A DNA stretch of 64,000 nucleotides from Mobula hypostoma (GCF_963921235.1 NC_086107.1:116686001-116750000), one strand, 5' to 3'; shown: positions 50,105-63,449, counted from the stretch's first letter. The notes: generated from the sequence alone by a model not told the origin. Program-made: numbers and translations.

Positions 50105-51535
50105 AGGCAGGGAGAGAGAAACCGGGGAATTATAGACCGGTTAGCCTGACATCGGTGGTGGGGAAAATGCTAGAGTCAGTTATCAAAGATGTGATAACAG
50201 CACATTTGGAAAGGGGTGAAATCATCGGACAAAGTCAGCATGGATTTGTGAAAGGAAAATCATGTCTGACGAATCTCATAGAATTTTTTGAGGATGTAAC
50301 TAGTAGAGTGGATAGGGGAGAACCAGTGGATGTGGTATATTTGGATTTTCAAAAGGCTTTTGACAAGGTCCCACACAGGAGATTAGTGTGCAAACTTAAA
50401 CCACACGGTATTGGGGGTATGGTATTGGTGTGGGTGGAGAATTGGTTAGCAGACAGGAAGCAAAGAGTGGGAATAAACGGGACCTGTTCAGAATGGCAGG
50501 CAGTGACTAGTGGGGTACGGCAAGGCTCAGTGCTGGGACCCCAGTTGTTTACAATATATATTAATGACTTGGATGAGGGAATTAAATGCAGCATCTCCAA
50601 GTTTGCGGATGACACGAAGCTGGGCGGCAGTGTTAGCTGTGAGGACGATGCTAAGAGGATGCAGGGTGACTTGAATAGGTTGGGTGAGTGGGCAAATTCA
50701 TGGCAGATGCAATTTAATGTGGATAAATGTGAAGTTATCCACTTTGGTGACAAAAATAGGAAAACAGATTATTATCTGAATGGTGGCTGATTAGGAAAAG
50801 GGGAGGTGCAACGAGACCTGGGTGTCATTATACACCAGTCATTGAAAGTGGGCATGCAGGTACAGCAGGCGGTGAAAAAGGCAAATGGTATGCTGGCATT
50901 TATAGCGAGAGGATTCGAGTACCGGAGCAGGGAGGTACTACTGCAGTTGTACAAGGTCTTGGTGAGACCACACCTGGAGTATTGTGCGCAGTTTTGGTCC
51001 CCTAATCTGAGGAAAGACATCCTTGCCGTAGAGGGAGTACAAAGAAGGTTCACCAGATTGATTCCTGGGATGGCAGGACTTTCATATGAAGAAAGACTGG
51101 ATGAACTAGGCTTTTACTCGTTGGAATTTAGAAGATTGAGGGGGGATCTGATTGAAACGTATAAAATCCTAAAGGGATTGGACAGGCTAGATGCAGGAAG
51201 ATTGTTCCCGATGTTGGGGAAGTCCAGAATGGGGGGTCACAGTCTGAGGATAAAGGGGAAGCCTTTTAGGACCAAGATTAGGAAAAACTTCTTCACACAG
51301 AGAGTGGTGAATCTGTGGAATTCTCTGCCACAGGAAACAGTTGAGGCCAGTTCATTGGCTATATTTAAGAGGGAGTTAGATATGGCCCTTGTGGCTACGG
51401 GGATCAGGGGGTATGGAGGGAAGGCTAGTGCAGGGTTCTGAGTTGGATGATCAGCCATGATCATAATAAATGGCGGTGCAGGCTCGAAGGGCCGAATGGC
51501 CTACTCCTGCACATATTTTCTATGTTTCTATGTTT
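50105..51535 (+). mobile_element. Young CR1, near-identical to 41348-42790 in the opposite orientation
   Basis: Translated ORFs match those of the 41447-43010 copy almost residue for residue. Confidence 0.92.
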
Positions 51536-52134
51536 ACAAATCAGTAAATTTGAATGGGTCAAGGACAGTGGAAGTAGACAAATCAATTGTATTTGCTTTT
51601 GCCATGTACTTAAAGGAGATGGAGGCTGCCATTCTGAACTGGTTGAGAACTGATTTTCACTCTGAGATAATCTAATCAGAGCAATTGAAGGTGGACACAG
51701 ATGTTTCTGCTATTGACCCGCTAAACCTGAGAGCATTCTCAGATAAACTGTGTATTGTGAACAATTAGCAGGCTTGCAGAAGTAATCTCCTTATCTTGGT
51801 CCAGTGTCTGAGTGATCTAGTTTGATTGGTTTGAACCAGAGTCAAAGAGAACAAAGAGCCATAAATGACCAGTTATCACTTGTGGGAGAAGGGCAATAAA
51901 TGGATGCTGGCCTGGACCAGAAGGTGTTCTAGATCGGTCACGTGACCCATAGCCAATACCACTGAAATGCAACAGTTGAACTGGTAAGCAATAAATATAA
52001 AAGCAGATGTTTTGAATGTAAAGTGGCACTAACTCTCCAACCTCCAGAGACCCACCATCACAGATGTGGAGGATCCCATGGAGATTGACGTGGAACGCAG
52101 GAACACATGGCCAGCACAGACTCCAGTTACTGAG

Positions 52135-55050
52135 TAAGGGCTTTGATGGGCTGGAGTTTGTTAGGTGTGTTCAGGAAGGGTTCTTGACACAATATGTAGA
52201 TAAGCCTACAAGAGGAGAGGCTGTACTTGATCTGGTATTGGGAAATGAACCTGGTCAGATGTCAGATCTCTCAGTGGGAGAGCATTTTGGAGATAGTGAT
52301 CAAAATTCTATCTCCTTTACAATAGCATTGGAGAGAGATAGGAACAGACAAGTTAGAAAAGCATTTAATTGGAGTAAGGGGAATTATGAGGCTATCAGGC
52401 AGGAAATTGGAAGCTTAAATTGGAAACAGATGTTCTCAGGGAAAAGTACTGAAGAAATGCGGCAAATGTTCAGGGGATATTTGTGTGGAATTCTGCGTAG
52501 GTACGTTCCAATGAGACATGGAAGTTATGGCAGGGTACAGGAACCGTGGTGTACAAAGGCTGTAATAAATCTAGTCAAGAAGAAAAGAAAAGCTTACAAA
52601 GGTTCAGAGAGCTAGGTAATGTTAGAAATTTAGAAGATTGTAAGGCTAATAGGAAGGAGTTTAGGAAGGAAATTAGGAGAGCCAGAAGGGGCCATGAGAA
52701 GGCCTTGGTGGGCAGGATTAAAGAAAACCCCAAGGCATTCTACAAGTATGTGAAGAGCAAGAGGATAAGATGTGAAAAAATAGGACCTATCAAGTGTGAC
52801 AGTGGGAACCGGAGGAAATAGCAGAGGTACTTAATGAATACTTTATTTCAGTATTCACTATGGAAAAGGATCTTGGTGACTGTAGTGATGACTTGCAGCA
52901 GACTGAAAAGCTTGAGCATGTAGACATTAAGAAAGAGGATGTGCTGGAGCTTTTGGAAAGCATCAAGTTGGGTAAGTCACCAGGACCGGATGAGATGTAC
53001 CCCAGGATACTGTGGAAGGCAAGGGAGGAGATTGCTGAGCCTCTGGCGATGATCTTTGCATCATCAATGTGGAGGTTCCAGAGGATTAGAGGGTTGCAGA
53101 TGTTGGTCCCTTATTCAAGAAAGGGAGTAGAGATAGCCCAGGAAATTATAGACCAGTGAGTCTTACCTCAGTGGTTGGTAAGTTGATGGAGAAGATCCTG
53201 AGAGGCAGGATTTATGAACATTTGGAGAGGTATAATATGATTAGGAATAGTCGGCATGGTTTGCTGGTGTCAAGGGCAGGTTGTGCCTTACGAGCCTGAT
53301 TGAATTTATTGAGGATGTGACTAAACACATTGATGAAGGAAGAGCAGTAGATGACGTGTATATGGATTTCAGCAAGGCATTTGATAAGGTACTCCATGCA
53401 AGGCTTATTGAGAAAGTAAGGAGGCATGGGATCCAAGGGGACATTGCTTTGTGGATCCAGAACTGGCTTGCCCACAGAAGGCAAAAGGTGGTTGTAGATG
53501 GGTGAATATTCTGCATGGAGGTCAGTCACCAGTGGAGTGACTCAGGGATCTATTCTGGGACCCCTACTCATTGTGATTTTTATAAATGACCTGGATGAGG
53601 AAGTGGAGGGATGGGTTAGTAAGTTTGCTGATGAAACAAAGGTTGGAGGTGTTGTGGATAGTGTGGAGGGTTGTCAGAGGTAACAGTGGGACATTGATAG
53701 GATGCAAAACTGGGCTGAGAAGTGGCAGATGGAGTTCAACGCAGATAAGTGTGAAGTGATTCATTTTGGTAGATCAAATATGATGTCAGAATATAGTATT
53801 AATGGTAAGACTCTTGGCAGTGTGGAGGATCAGAGGCATCTTGGAGTCTGAGTCCACAGGACACTCAAAGCTGCGACACAGGTTGACTCTGTGGTTAAGA
53901 AGGCATACGGTGCATTGGCCTTCATCAATGGTGGGATTGAGTTTAAGAGCCGAGAGGTAATGTTGCAGCTATATAGGACCCTGGTCAGACCCCACTTGGA
54001 GTACTGTGCTCAGTTCTGGTCACCTCACTATAGGAAGGATTTGGAAACCATAGAAAGGGTGCAGAGGAGATTTTCAAGGATGTTGCTTGGATTTGGGAGC
54101 ATGCCTTATGAGAACAGGTTGAGTGAACTCTACCTTTTTTCCTTGGAGTGACAGAGGGTGAGAGGTGACCTGATAGAGGTGTATAAGATGATGAGAGGCA
54201 TTGCTCGTGTGGATAGTCAGAGGCTTTTTCCCAGGGCTGAAATGGCTAACACGAGAGGGCACAGTTTTAAGGTGCTTGGAAGAAGGTATAGAGGAGATGT
54301 CAGGGCTAAGTTTTTTACACAGAGAGTGGTGAGTGCGTGGAATGGGCTGCCAGTGACGGTGGAGGTGGATATGATAGGGTCTTTAAGAGACTCCTGGACA
54401 GGTACATGGAGCTCAGAAAAATAAAGGGCTGTGGGTAACTTCTAAAGTAAGGACATGTTCAGCACAACTTTGTGGGCCGAAGAGCCTGTACTGTGCTGTA
54501 GGTTTTCTATGTTTCTAGTGAGTGCTTTTTCCCGGGGCTGAAATGGTTGCCACAAGAGGGCACAGGTTTAAGGTGCTGGGGAGTAGGTACAGGGGAGATA
54601 TCAGGGGTAAGTTTTTTACTCAGTAGTGAGTGCGTGGAATGGGCTGCCGGCAACGGTGGTGGAGGTGGATACGACAGGGTCTTTTAAGAGACTTTTGGAT
54701 AGGTACATGGAGCTTAGAAAAATAGAGGGCTATAGGTAAACACGAGGAATTATGCAGATGCTGGAAATTCAGGCAATACACATCAAAGTTGCTGGTGAAT
54801 GCAGCAGGCCGGGCAGCATCTCTAGGAAGAGGTACAGTCGACGTTTTGGGCTGAGACCCTTCGTCAGGACTAACGAAGGGTCTCAGGCCGAAACGTCCAC
54901 TGTACCTCTTCCTGGAGATGCTGCCCGGCCTGCTGCGTTCACCAGCAACTTTGATGTGTGTTGCTGGGCTATAGGTAAGCCTAGTAATTTCTAAGGTAGG
55001 GACATGTTCGGCACAACTTTGTGGGCTGAAGGGCCTGTATTATGCTGTAT
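52135..55050 (+). mobile_element. CR1 ORF2 (to ~54517) followed by a second tandem CR1 3' end
   Basis: [21 protein letters not shown] and KFADE motifs; 3' end repeated at 54520-55050. Confidence 0.88.
54740..54965. mobile_element. Palindromic Penelope-derived element, copy 2
   Basis: 13-bp TSD gggctataggtaa (54727-54739 and 54966-54978); inverted arms; minus strand reads agtc-CTGACGA-agggtctcagccc-AAAACGTC-gact. Confidence 0.82.
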
Positions 55051-55255
55051 GTTTTCTGCGTTTCTGTGTGTTATCTTCTCTATTCTTTGACTGTTTACAG
55101 AGGGTGTGCGTACAGGTATTTAATTGAGTAAATTCACATGCTGTTCCATTGAGACAATAAAGGTAGTTGTCAGTAATTACAGATCCTCTCTGTGCCTGTC
55201 TGAGAATTATTACTGAGGGGTAGATCCTTTTAACAAGAGCCAGGAAGGATTTGCA

Positions 55256-55490
55256 TTAGGGTGAGGGTGAGGGTTACGGTTATGGGTGAGGGTGAGGGTT
55301 AGGGTGACGGTTAGGGTGAGGGTTACGGGTGAAGGTGAGGGTGAGGGTTACGGTTATGGGTGTGGGTTAAGGTTGCGGGTTAGGGTGAGGGTGAGGGTTA
55401 CGGTTACGGGTGAGGGTGAGGGTTAGGGTGACGGTTAGGGTGAGGGTTATGGGTGAAGGTGAGGGTGAGGGTTACGGTTACGGGTTAGGG
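55256..55490 (+). repeat. Degenerate interstitial telomere-like array (TTAGGG, TGAGGG, TTACGG, TTATGG)
   Basis: About 39 hexamer units by direct inspection. Confidence 0.85.
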
Positions 55491-57289
55491 TTCTTGGTGC
55501 GAGGACTGTTGTGTATTGCTCCACCTGTGCTTGAACCTCTCCATGTCCCAGCTGGCAGCCAATGTATCTGGTTTTTTTCTTTGCCCACTCACTTTTTTGT
55601 AGATTGAGGGTGAATCCAACAGTCTGAATACTCCCCAGGGCCCCGCATAGATAGTCCAGGCGCTCTGGTTATGTCTGGCTGTAGACACCCACATCACTGC
55701 AGTCCTCACAGCCTTGTAGCACCTGGTCTGCCAGCTTCTGGAAGGTTGCTGGTACACCATGAAGGCCAAAGGACATCACAGCAAACTTAAATAGACCCAG
55801 GGGTGTGCAGAAGGCAGGGAGGGGTTTTGATTGGTCATCCAGAGGATCCTGCCAGTAGCCTTTGCAAAGGTCCAGTATAGAATGTAGTTCGCCCGTCCAA
55901 TCCTTACTACTAGGTCATCAACATGGGCCATAGGATAAGCACCAGACAAAGAAATGGCATTCAACTTCCGGAAATAAATGCATGCCCTCAGGGTAGCCAT
56001 CCTTCCTTAAAATGAGAATGATAGGACTGCTCCACTGACTCCTATCTCTAGCAAGGTCTGACTCTCATCCTTCAGGCCCCCCACAAGTCATTCTGGTGCT
56101 CTGCAACAGTGTTGGTCAGGTCTGATCCTGATGGAATGTTTTAAGACCTTTGTCAGCCCTGTTCTCTGCTGGAACAGCTGGGGAGGTCAGGAAAGACTGC
56201 AGATCTACTGGTCAGTTCCCAGGCCCCTTCCAAGCCTTCACGACCCCTTCTGAGTCTGAATCAAAGCGTTCATCATCTGTATAAACACAGAGGCAGGAGA
56301 ACCAGCTTGTTTCCCATGGCACTGTTGCCAGTGTTCCTCCCTGTCGCAGACTAGCATTCAGGTCAGGCAGAGATTGTAAACTGGTCATTGCTTTGGTTTT
56401 AGCACAAATTATAACAAAGTAAGAAACAACATGATCTATTCCTGAATTAACAGGTGGATGTGATTGGCTATTTCCCTGCCTTATTATCTCATAAAACACA
56501 AGCATATCTCTCCCCAGAATCATGTACTGGTAATTTCTCCAGCACCCCCACTTCCATCCAGCTCATTAGTGAGTTCTGGCGGTGGCTCAGACTTCCAGTC
56601 AGCCTGGATACATTGGACAGGGGCATGACTTTTCTTAATTAATGACAGTGAGCTGCCGGAATCTTAAAGAGCTTTAACAGGTTTTCCATTGACTTTGACT
56701 ATTATAAACACAGGCTCTTTCTCCTCGCAGTCTTCTTGTTTTCCATTCCCATACTCACAATCATTAGAGTCGTTATCAGCATCATCACATTCCCCCTCTC
56801 TTGCTACACAGCACATACCTGATGATATGGGGTTCTTGAGAGGACACACAGAGGACTTAGGATCTGGCTATTGACAATGGTAGCAAGTAAAAGAACCCCA
56901 GTAGGTGGTTCTTGGCTCTCGTTTCTCCCACTGCCCAGTTCCACAGTTACCCAGACAGTTCCTTGGAGAGTTAGTCACGGTTGCTTCGGAGTGATGGGCA
57001 TTGAGGTACTGCAGGGCAAGTCGGGCCACGGGGAATCCATCCACTGGCTCATGCTCTCTGACCCATGTTCAGGTGTCTAGTGGAAGAACCCGCAGCAGAA
57101 CAATGACCTTACCAATCTCCTCGGACTTCTGCCCTTCATGACATGTCTCAGTGGCTGACTCCCCTGGTGGTAGAACACTGGAACGGAAGTGTTGACAATA
57201 TGTTTCTACCGAGATATCAAAGTTAGCCAGCAGCGCCTCCTTCAGGTCAGGATAGAGGTTGGACCTCTCTCCATCTACCGCAGTGCAGA

Positions 57290-60200
57290 TCATTGCGATC
57301 TCCTCTGGGGGACCTTTGACCTGCTCAAAAGTGACGGGTTGCACCCGAACCCGAGGGGGACCAATATTCTTGTGGGCAGGATTGTTAGAGCTGTTGGGGA
57401 CGGTTTAAACTAATTTGGCAGGGGGATGGGAACCGGAGTGAATGGACTCAGGATAGGACGGACGGTAAAAAAAAGTAAAGATAGCGTCCAGTCAGACCGT
57501 CAGGAAGGGCAGGCAGGTGATGGGACAGAGTCGCAGCCAACAGGGTGAATATGAGTACATTAGGGATGTAGAATCAAAATGGGGAGCAAATATGGTACTC
57601 GAGGTATCTCAATACATGGAGTGTGAGAAATAAGGTGGATGATCTTGTTGCACGATTACAGATTGTCAGGTATGATGTTGTGGCCATCACTGAATCGTGG
57701 CTGAAGGATGGTTATAGTTGGGAGCTGAATGTCCAAGGTTAGACTTTGTAACGGAGGGATAGGGAGGTCGGCAGAGGGTGTGGTGTGGCTCTGCTGGTAA
57801 AGACTGGCATCAAATCAGTAGAAAGATGTGACATAGGATCGGATTATGTTGAATCCACGTGGGCTGAGCTAAGAAACTGCAAGGGTGAAAAGGACCCTGA
57901 TAGCAGTTATATACAGACCTCCCAACAATGACTGGGAGGTGGACCACAGATTACGCGGGTAAATAGTAAAGGTGTGTCGAAAGGACAATGTTATGATAGT
58001 CATGGGAGATTTTAACATGCGGGTCAATTGGGAAAATCAGGTTGGTAATTAATCTCAACGGAGTGAGTTTGTTGAATGCCCAAGAGATGGCTTTTTAGAG
58101 CAGTTTGTTGTTGAGCCTACTAGGGGATCAGCTATACTGGAATGGGTGTTATCTAATGAACCAGAGGTGATTAGGGAGCTTAAGGTAAAAGAACCCTCAG
58201 GAACCGGTGATCACCATATGATTGTGTTTAACTTGAAATTTGATAGGGAGAAAGTAAAGTCTGATGTAGCAGTATTTCAGTGGAATAAAGGAAATTACAG
58301 TGGTATGAGAGAGGAGTTGGCCAAAGTAAATTGGAAGGAGGGGCTGGCAGGGATGTCAGCAGAGCAGCAATGGCGTGCGTTTCTGGGAAAAATGAGGAAG
58401 GTGCAGGACGTGTGTATTCCAAAAATGAAGAAATACTCAAATGGCAAAATAGTACAACCGTGGCTGACAAGGGAAGTCAAAGCTATTGTAAAAGCAAAAG
58501 AGAGGGCATACAATAAAGCAAAAATTAGTGGGAAGATAGAGGATTGGAAAGTTTTTAAAAACCTACAGACAGCAACTCAAATAGTCATTAGAAGGGAAAA
58601 GATGAAATATGAAAGCAAGCTAGCAAATAATATCAAAATATACCAAGTATGTAAAAATGAGAGATGAGAGTGGATATAGGACCACTAGCAAATAAGGCAG
58701 GAAAAATAATAACGGAGGACAAGGAGATGGCAGATGAACTAAATGAGTATTTTGCATCAGTTTTCACTGTGGAAGATACGAGCAGTATGTCAGATTTTGT
58801 AGTGTGTGAAGGAAGAGAAGTGGGTGCAGTTACTGTTACAAGGGAGAAGGTACTCAAAGAGCTGAAAGACCTGAAGGTACATAAGTCACCTGGACCAGAT
58901 GAACTGCACCCTAAGGTTCTGAAAGAGGTAGCGTTAGAGATTGTGGTGGCATTAGAAATGGTCTTTCAAAAATCATTGGACTCTGGCATAGTGCCAGAGG
59001 ACTGGAAAATTGCAAACATCATTCCACTCTTTAAGAAAGGGGGAAGGCAGCAGCAAGGAAATTATAGACCAGTTGGCCTGACCTCAGTGGATGGGAAGAT
59101 GTTGGAGTCAATTGTTAAGGATGAGGTGATGGAGTACTTGGTGACACAGGACAAGATAGGACAAGGTCAGCATGGTTTCATTCAGGGAAAATCCTGCCTG
59201 ATGAACCTGTTGGAATTCTTTGAGGAGATTACAAGTAGGATAGATAAAGGGGATGCAGTAGATGTTGTATATTTGGACTTTCAGAAGGCCTTTGACAAGG
59301 TGCCACACATTTAGGCTGCTTACCAAGGTAAGAGCCCATGGTATTGCAGGAAAGCTACTGGCATGGTTAGAGCGTTGACTGAAAAAGGCAGTGAGTGGGA
59401 ATAAAAGGATCCTGTCTAGTTTACTGCCAGTGCCTAGTTGCGTTCCACAGGGGTCGGTGCTGGGACCGCGTTTTTTTATGCTGTATATAAACGATTTAGA
59501 TGATGGAATAGATGGCTTTGTTGCCAAGTGTGCAGATGATTCAAGGATTGGTGGAGGGGCAGGTAGTGTTGAGGAAACAGGTAGGATGCAGAAGGACTTA
59601 GATTAGGAGAATGGGCAAGAAAGTGGCAAATGAAATATACTGTTGGAAAATGCATGGTCGTGCTCTTTGGTAGTAGAAATAAATGTGTGGGCTATTTTCT
59701 AAATGGGGAGAAAATCCGAGAATCTGACATGCAGAGGGACTTGGGAGTCCTTGTGCAGAACACCCTGAAGGTTAACTTGCATGTTGAGTTGGTGGTGAGG
59801 AAGGCAAATGCCATGTTAGCATTCATTTCAAGAGGTCTAGTAAGAGCAGGGATATGATGCTGAGGCTTTATAAGACACTGGTGAGGCCTCACCCTGAGTA
59901 TTGTGAACAGTTTTAGGCTCCTCATCTAAGAGGAGATGTGCTGGCATTGAAGAGGGTCTAGAGGAGGTTCACAAGGATGATTCCAGGAACAAAAGGGTTA
60001 TCATATGAGGGATGTTTGATGGCTCTGGGTCTGTACTCACTGGAATTCAGAAGGATGTGGCGGGGGGGGGGGGGAAATCTCATTGAAATCTTTCGAATGT
60101 TGAAAGGTCTAGACAGAGTAGATGTGGAAAGGATGTTTCCCATGGTGGGGGAGTCTAGGACAAGAGGGCACAGCCTCAGGATAGAGCAGTGTCCATTCAA

Positions 60201-60443
60201 AACAGAGATGCAGAGAAATTTCTTTAGCCAGAGGGTGGTGAATTTATGTAATTTGTTGCCAAGTCATTGGGTGTTCTTAAGGTAGAGATTGATAGGTTCT
60301 TGATTGGACATGGCATCAAAGGTTATGGGGAGAAGGCTGGGAAATGGGGTTGAGGAGAAAAAAAAGGATCAGCCATGATTGAATGGCGGAGCAGACTTGA
60401 TGGGCAAATGGCCTAATTCTGCTCCTATGTCTTATGGTCTTAT
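57290..60443 (+). mobile_element. CR1 (end of ORF1 plus ORF2), inserted into the Gmr1-like gag
   Basis: DGLHPN; APE motifs; KSPGPDELHP, YLDFQKAFDKV; tcttatgg tail. Confidence 0.9.
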
Positions 60444-60871
60444 AGTGGTACTAGCTGGCTTCCTCACTCTTCCTCTGGCCATTGCCAAATTCAGGCCAGC
60501 CTCTCGAACCTGAGGGTATGGTTCACAATATCATTACCTTGTTGATAAGGCATCTTTGGACCCTTCCACAGGCTTTGGAGTTTCTTCCTAAAAGCATAAT
60601 TTCTCATCTTTTGGGCAAACAGTCTCAGAACAGATTTTCCAGTGAGGGTTTGGAGAGTTCTTCCTCCTCTGAGGTCTCCACCGCTTCCCAGGCATCTTCT
60701 TCACTTTTCACCACAGGGAATCTCTTTGACCTGGGACCGCAATCGCACCCCACTTCTCTCCAAGTTAAATGACCTTCTCTGTCATTTAAGTTTGCAACAT
60801 CAAACTTACAAAAATGAGCAAAAATAGCAAAAAAGGAAAACTGCCAATATTTACGAAAAGATATGTCCAAG

Positions 60872-60990
60872 TAAACTCAGTGATAGTTCTGCATCATCCC
60901 TGATGAAGATGGCAGAGTTTGTCCTTGAAACGTCGCTTAAAATTACTGCCTGTACCCGGCTGGAGGCCCAGAAAGAGTTTATTCGTCATG
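60872..60990 (+). mobile_element. Penelope-like terminal fragment with minimal hammerhead motif
   Basis: CTGATGA (60900-60906), a hairpin, then GAAACGTC (60927-60934); absent from the partner LTR at ~48460. Confidence 0.6.
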
Positions 60991-61396
60991 AACATTGGGA
61001 AAGCACTAGAGCTTTTTCACAGTTCTGCACGTATACAAGGCCAGTGTGAATTCTCTCTCTCTCTCTCTGGCACTGAGAGTGAACCACCCCAGTTTCTTAG
61101 GCACCAGACATACTGTCTTTAATTATCCACAAAGTAAACCTAAGACGGCACATGAATTATAACGATGCGTCACACAACGTAGTTACAACCATATTACAAT
61201 ACAAACAGAAGTATCTTCCTGAAAGACAGTATACAAACAACATTTACACATTACTGAAGAAATGGAATATTCTGCCGTGTATCGCAGGAAAGCCAACCCG
61301 AGATCATCAGCCCGGTTTAGGACCCGTGATGAGAATACAGCAGGGAAGACACTGAGAGACACACACTCAGCGTGACGACAGCAGAATGACAAGGCG

Positions 61397-61399
<3 letters not shown>

Positions 61400-61439
<40 letters not shown>
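61400..61439. repeat. (TG)n microsatellite
   Basis: Direct inspection. Confidence 0.95.
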
Positions 61440-61441
<2 letters not shown>

Positions 61442-61684
61442 CATAATGCTAAAATGATTGAAGGAAAGTATAGGGGGATGTCAGGGGGCATTTTTACACA
61501 GAGAGTGGTGGATGTGTGGGATGCCCTCTCAGGGATAGTGTCAGAGACTTTTAGATTGGCACATGGATGAAAGAAAAATGATGGACTGTGTGGGTGGGAA
61601 GGGTTAGATTGATGGTGGAGTAGGTTACGAGGTCGGTACAACATCGAGGGCCGAAGGGCCTGTACTGTATTGTTCCATGTTGTA

Positions 61685-61821
61685 CAGGTCGACCTTCTCT
61701 AATCCAGCACCACTGGGACCGGATTAGTGAAAATGCCGAATTACAGAAGGATCACATTAAGCATGATCAGTGCCAGAGTATGGAAGAAACCAGAGTAGTC
61801 GGATTAGTGAAGGTCGACCTG
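61685..61821. mobile_element. 137-bp Tc1/mariner-superfamily MITE
   Basis: TA TSD (61683-61684 and 61822-61823); TIRs CAGGTCGACCTTC(T/A)CTAATCC. Confidence 0.85.
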
Positions 61822-61839
61822 TACCACTGAGGCTGTACA

Positions 61840-63240
61840 TAGGGAATCAGTCAGACGCACTTGGAGTACTGTGAGCAGTTTTGGGCCCTGTGTGCTGCCA
61901 TTGGAAAGGGGAGATTCAGAAGGACGGTCCCTGGATGGAGACGGCTTGACACAGGAGGAGCCACTGGGGTCCTGGGCCTCTACTCGACTGGGGTCAGGAG
62001 GAGGGGGAAGATCTCATTGAAAAATGAGGGGAGATTTAATAAGAGGTATATAAAATTATGATGGGTATAGATAGAGTGAATGCAAGCAGGCTTTTTCCAC
62101 TGAGGCAAGGGGAGAAAAAAACCAGAGGACATGGGTTAAGGGTGAGGGGGGAAAAGTTTACAGGGAACATTAGGGGGGGCTTCTTCACACAGAGAGTGGT
62201 GGGAGTATGGAATGAGCTGCCAGACGAGGTGGTAAATGCAGGTTCTTTTTTAACACTTAAGAATAAATTGGACAGATACATGGATGGGAGGTGTATGGAG
62301 GGATATGGTCCGTGTGCAGGTCAGTGGGACTAGGCAGAAAATGGTTTAGCACAGCCAAGAAGGGCCAAAAGGCCTGTTTCTGTGCTGTAGTTTCTATGGT
62401 TTCTAAAAGCAGAGGGCACTTGGAGTACTGTGTCCAGTTCTGGTCGCCTCACTGTAGGAAGTATGTGAAAGCATTGGAAAGGGTACAGAGGAGATTTACC
62501 AGGATGCTGCCTGGTTTAGAGCGTATGCATTATGATCAGAGATTAAGGGAGCTTGGGCTTTACTCTTTGCAGAGAAGGAGGATGAGAGGAGACATGATAG
62601 ATGTGTACAAGATAATAAGAGGAATAGATAGAGTGGGTAGCCAGCGCCTCTTCCCCAGGGCACCACTGCTCAATACAAGAGGACAGGGCTTTAAGGTAAG
62701 GGGTGGGAAGTTCAAGGGGGATATTAGAGGAAGGTTTTTTACTCAGAGAGTGGTTCGTGCGTGGAATGCACTGCCTGAGTCAGTGGTGGAGGCAGATACA
62801 CTAGTGAAGTTTAAGAGACTACTAGACAGGTATATGGAGGAATTTAAGGTGGGAGGTTATATGGGAGGCAGGGTTTGAGGGTCGGCACAACATAGTGGGC
62901 CGAAGGGCCTGTACTGTGATGTACTATTCTATGTTCTATGTTCTATGGATGTCTCCAGTAGTGGCATAGACTGTGATCCAATAGCACAGCATCAGTGAAA
63001 GGGACCTCATTTAGAAATGAGACAAGGAGGAATTTCCTCAGCTGTAAGGTGGTGATCAGTGGGATTCGTTGGCAAGGACAGCTGTGGAGGGCTGGTCATT
63101 GATGGTATTTAAGGCAGAGATTGATAGGTTCTTGATGGATAATGGGGGGAACAGAGAGGGTGGGAGAATGGGAATGGGTTAGAATGCATGAGCAGACAAT
63201 GGGCTGAATGGCCTCATTCTGCTCTGATATTGTGGATTAC
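61840..63240 (+). mobile_element. Stack of CR1 3' fragments; 62415-62947 belongs to the same subfamily as 47860-48382
   Basis: HLEYCVQFWSP...FFTQRVV.WN.LP; (ttctatg)n tail. Confidence 0.85.
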
Positions 63241-63449
63241 CAAGCCACTGGAAGGCCGAATGAAGGACTGAGGGAATGTCCTCTCCCCATCAGCGGAGTT
63301 TGATCTCAAAGCAGATGCAGTTGGTGGTCTCACAGTCGGGCAGCTGGAAGGCACAGGCACAGTCACAGAGGGGGCAGCAAGGGCAGTTGCCCCGGCCACA
63401 GTCCTGGGGAGGGAGGCAGAGAATGAAAAGTTACAGTAAGGAAATCTGC

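Larger units (their letters stand above)
48383..61405 (-). mobile_element. Old Gmr1-like Gypsy LTR element fragmented by nested insertions
   Basis: Direct repeats (LTRs) at ~48386-48857 and ~60765-61405; PBS-like at 60748-60762; gag/SCAN-like LKEALLANFDISVETYCQHFRS (~57150-57260); protease VKVNGKPVKAL*DSGS; RT at 55491-56100 and 49260-49450; RNase H end GKENVTADYLSR just before the PPT. Confidence 0.75.
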
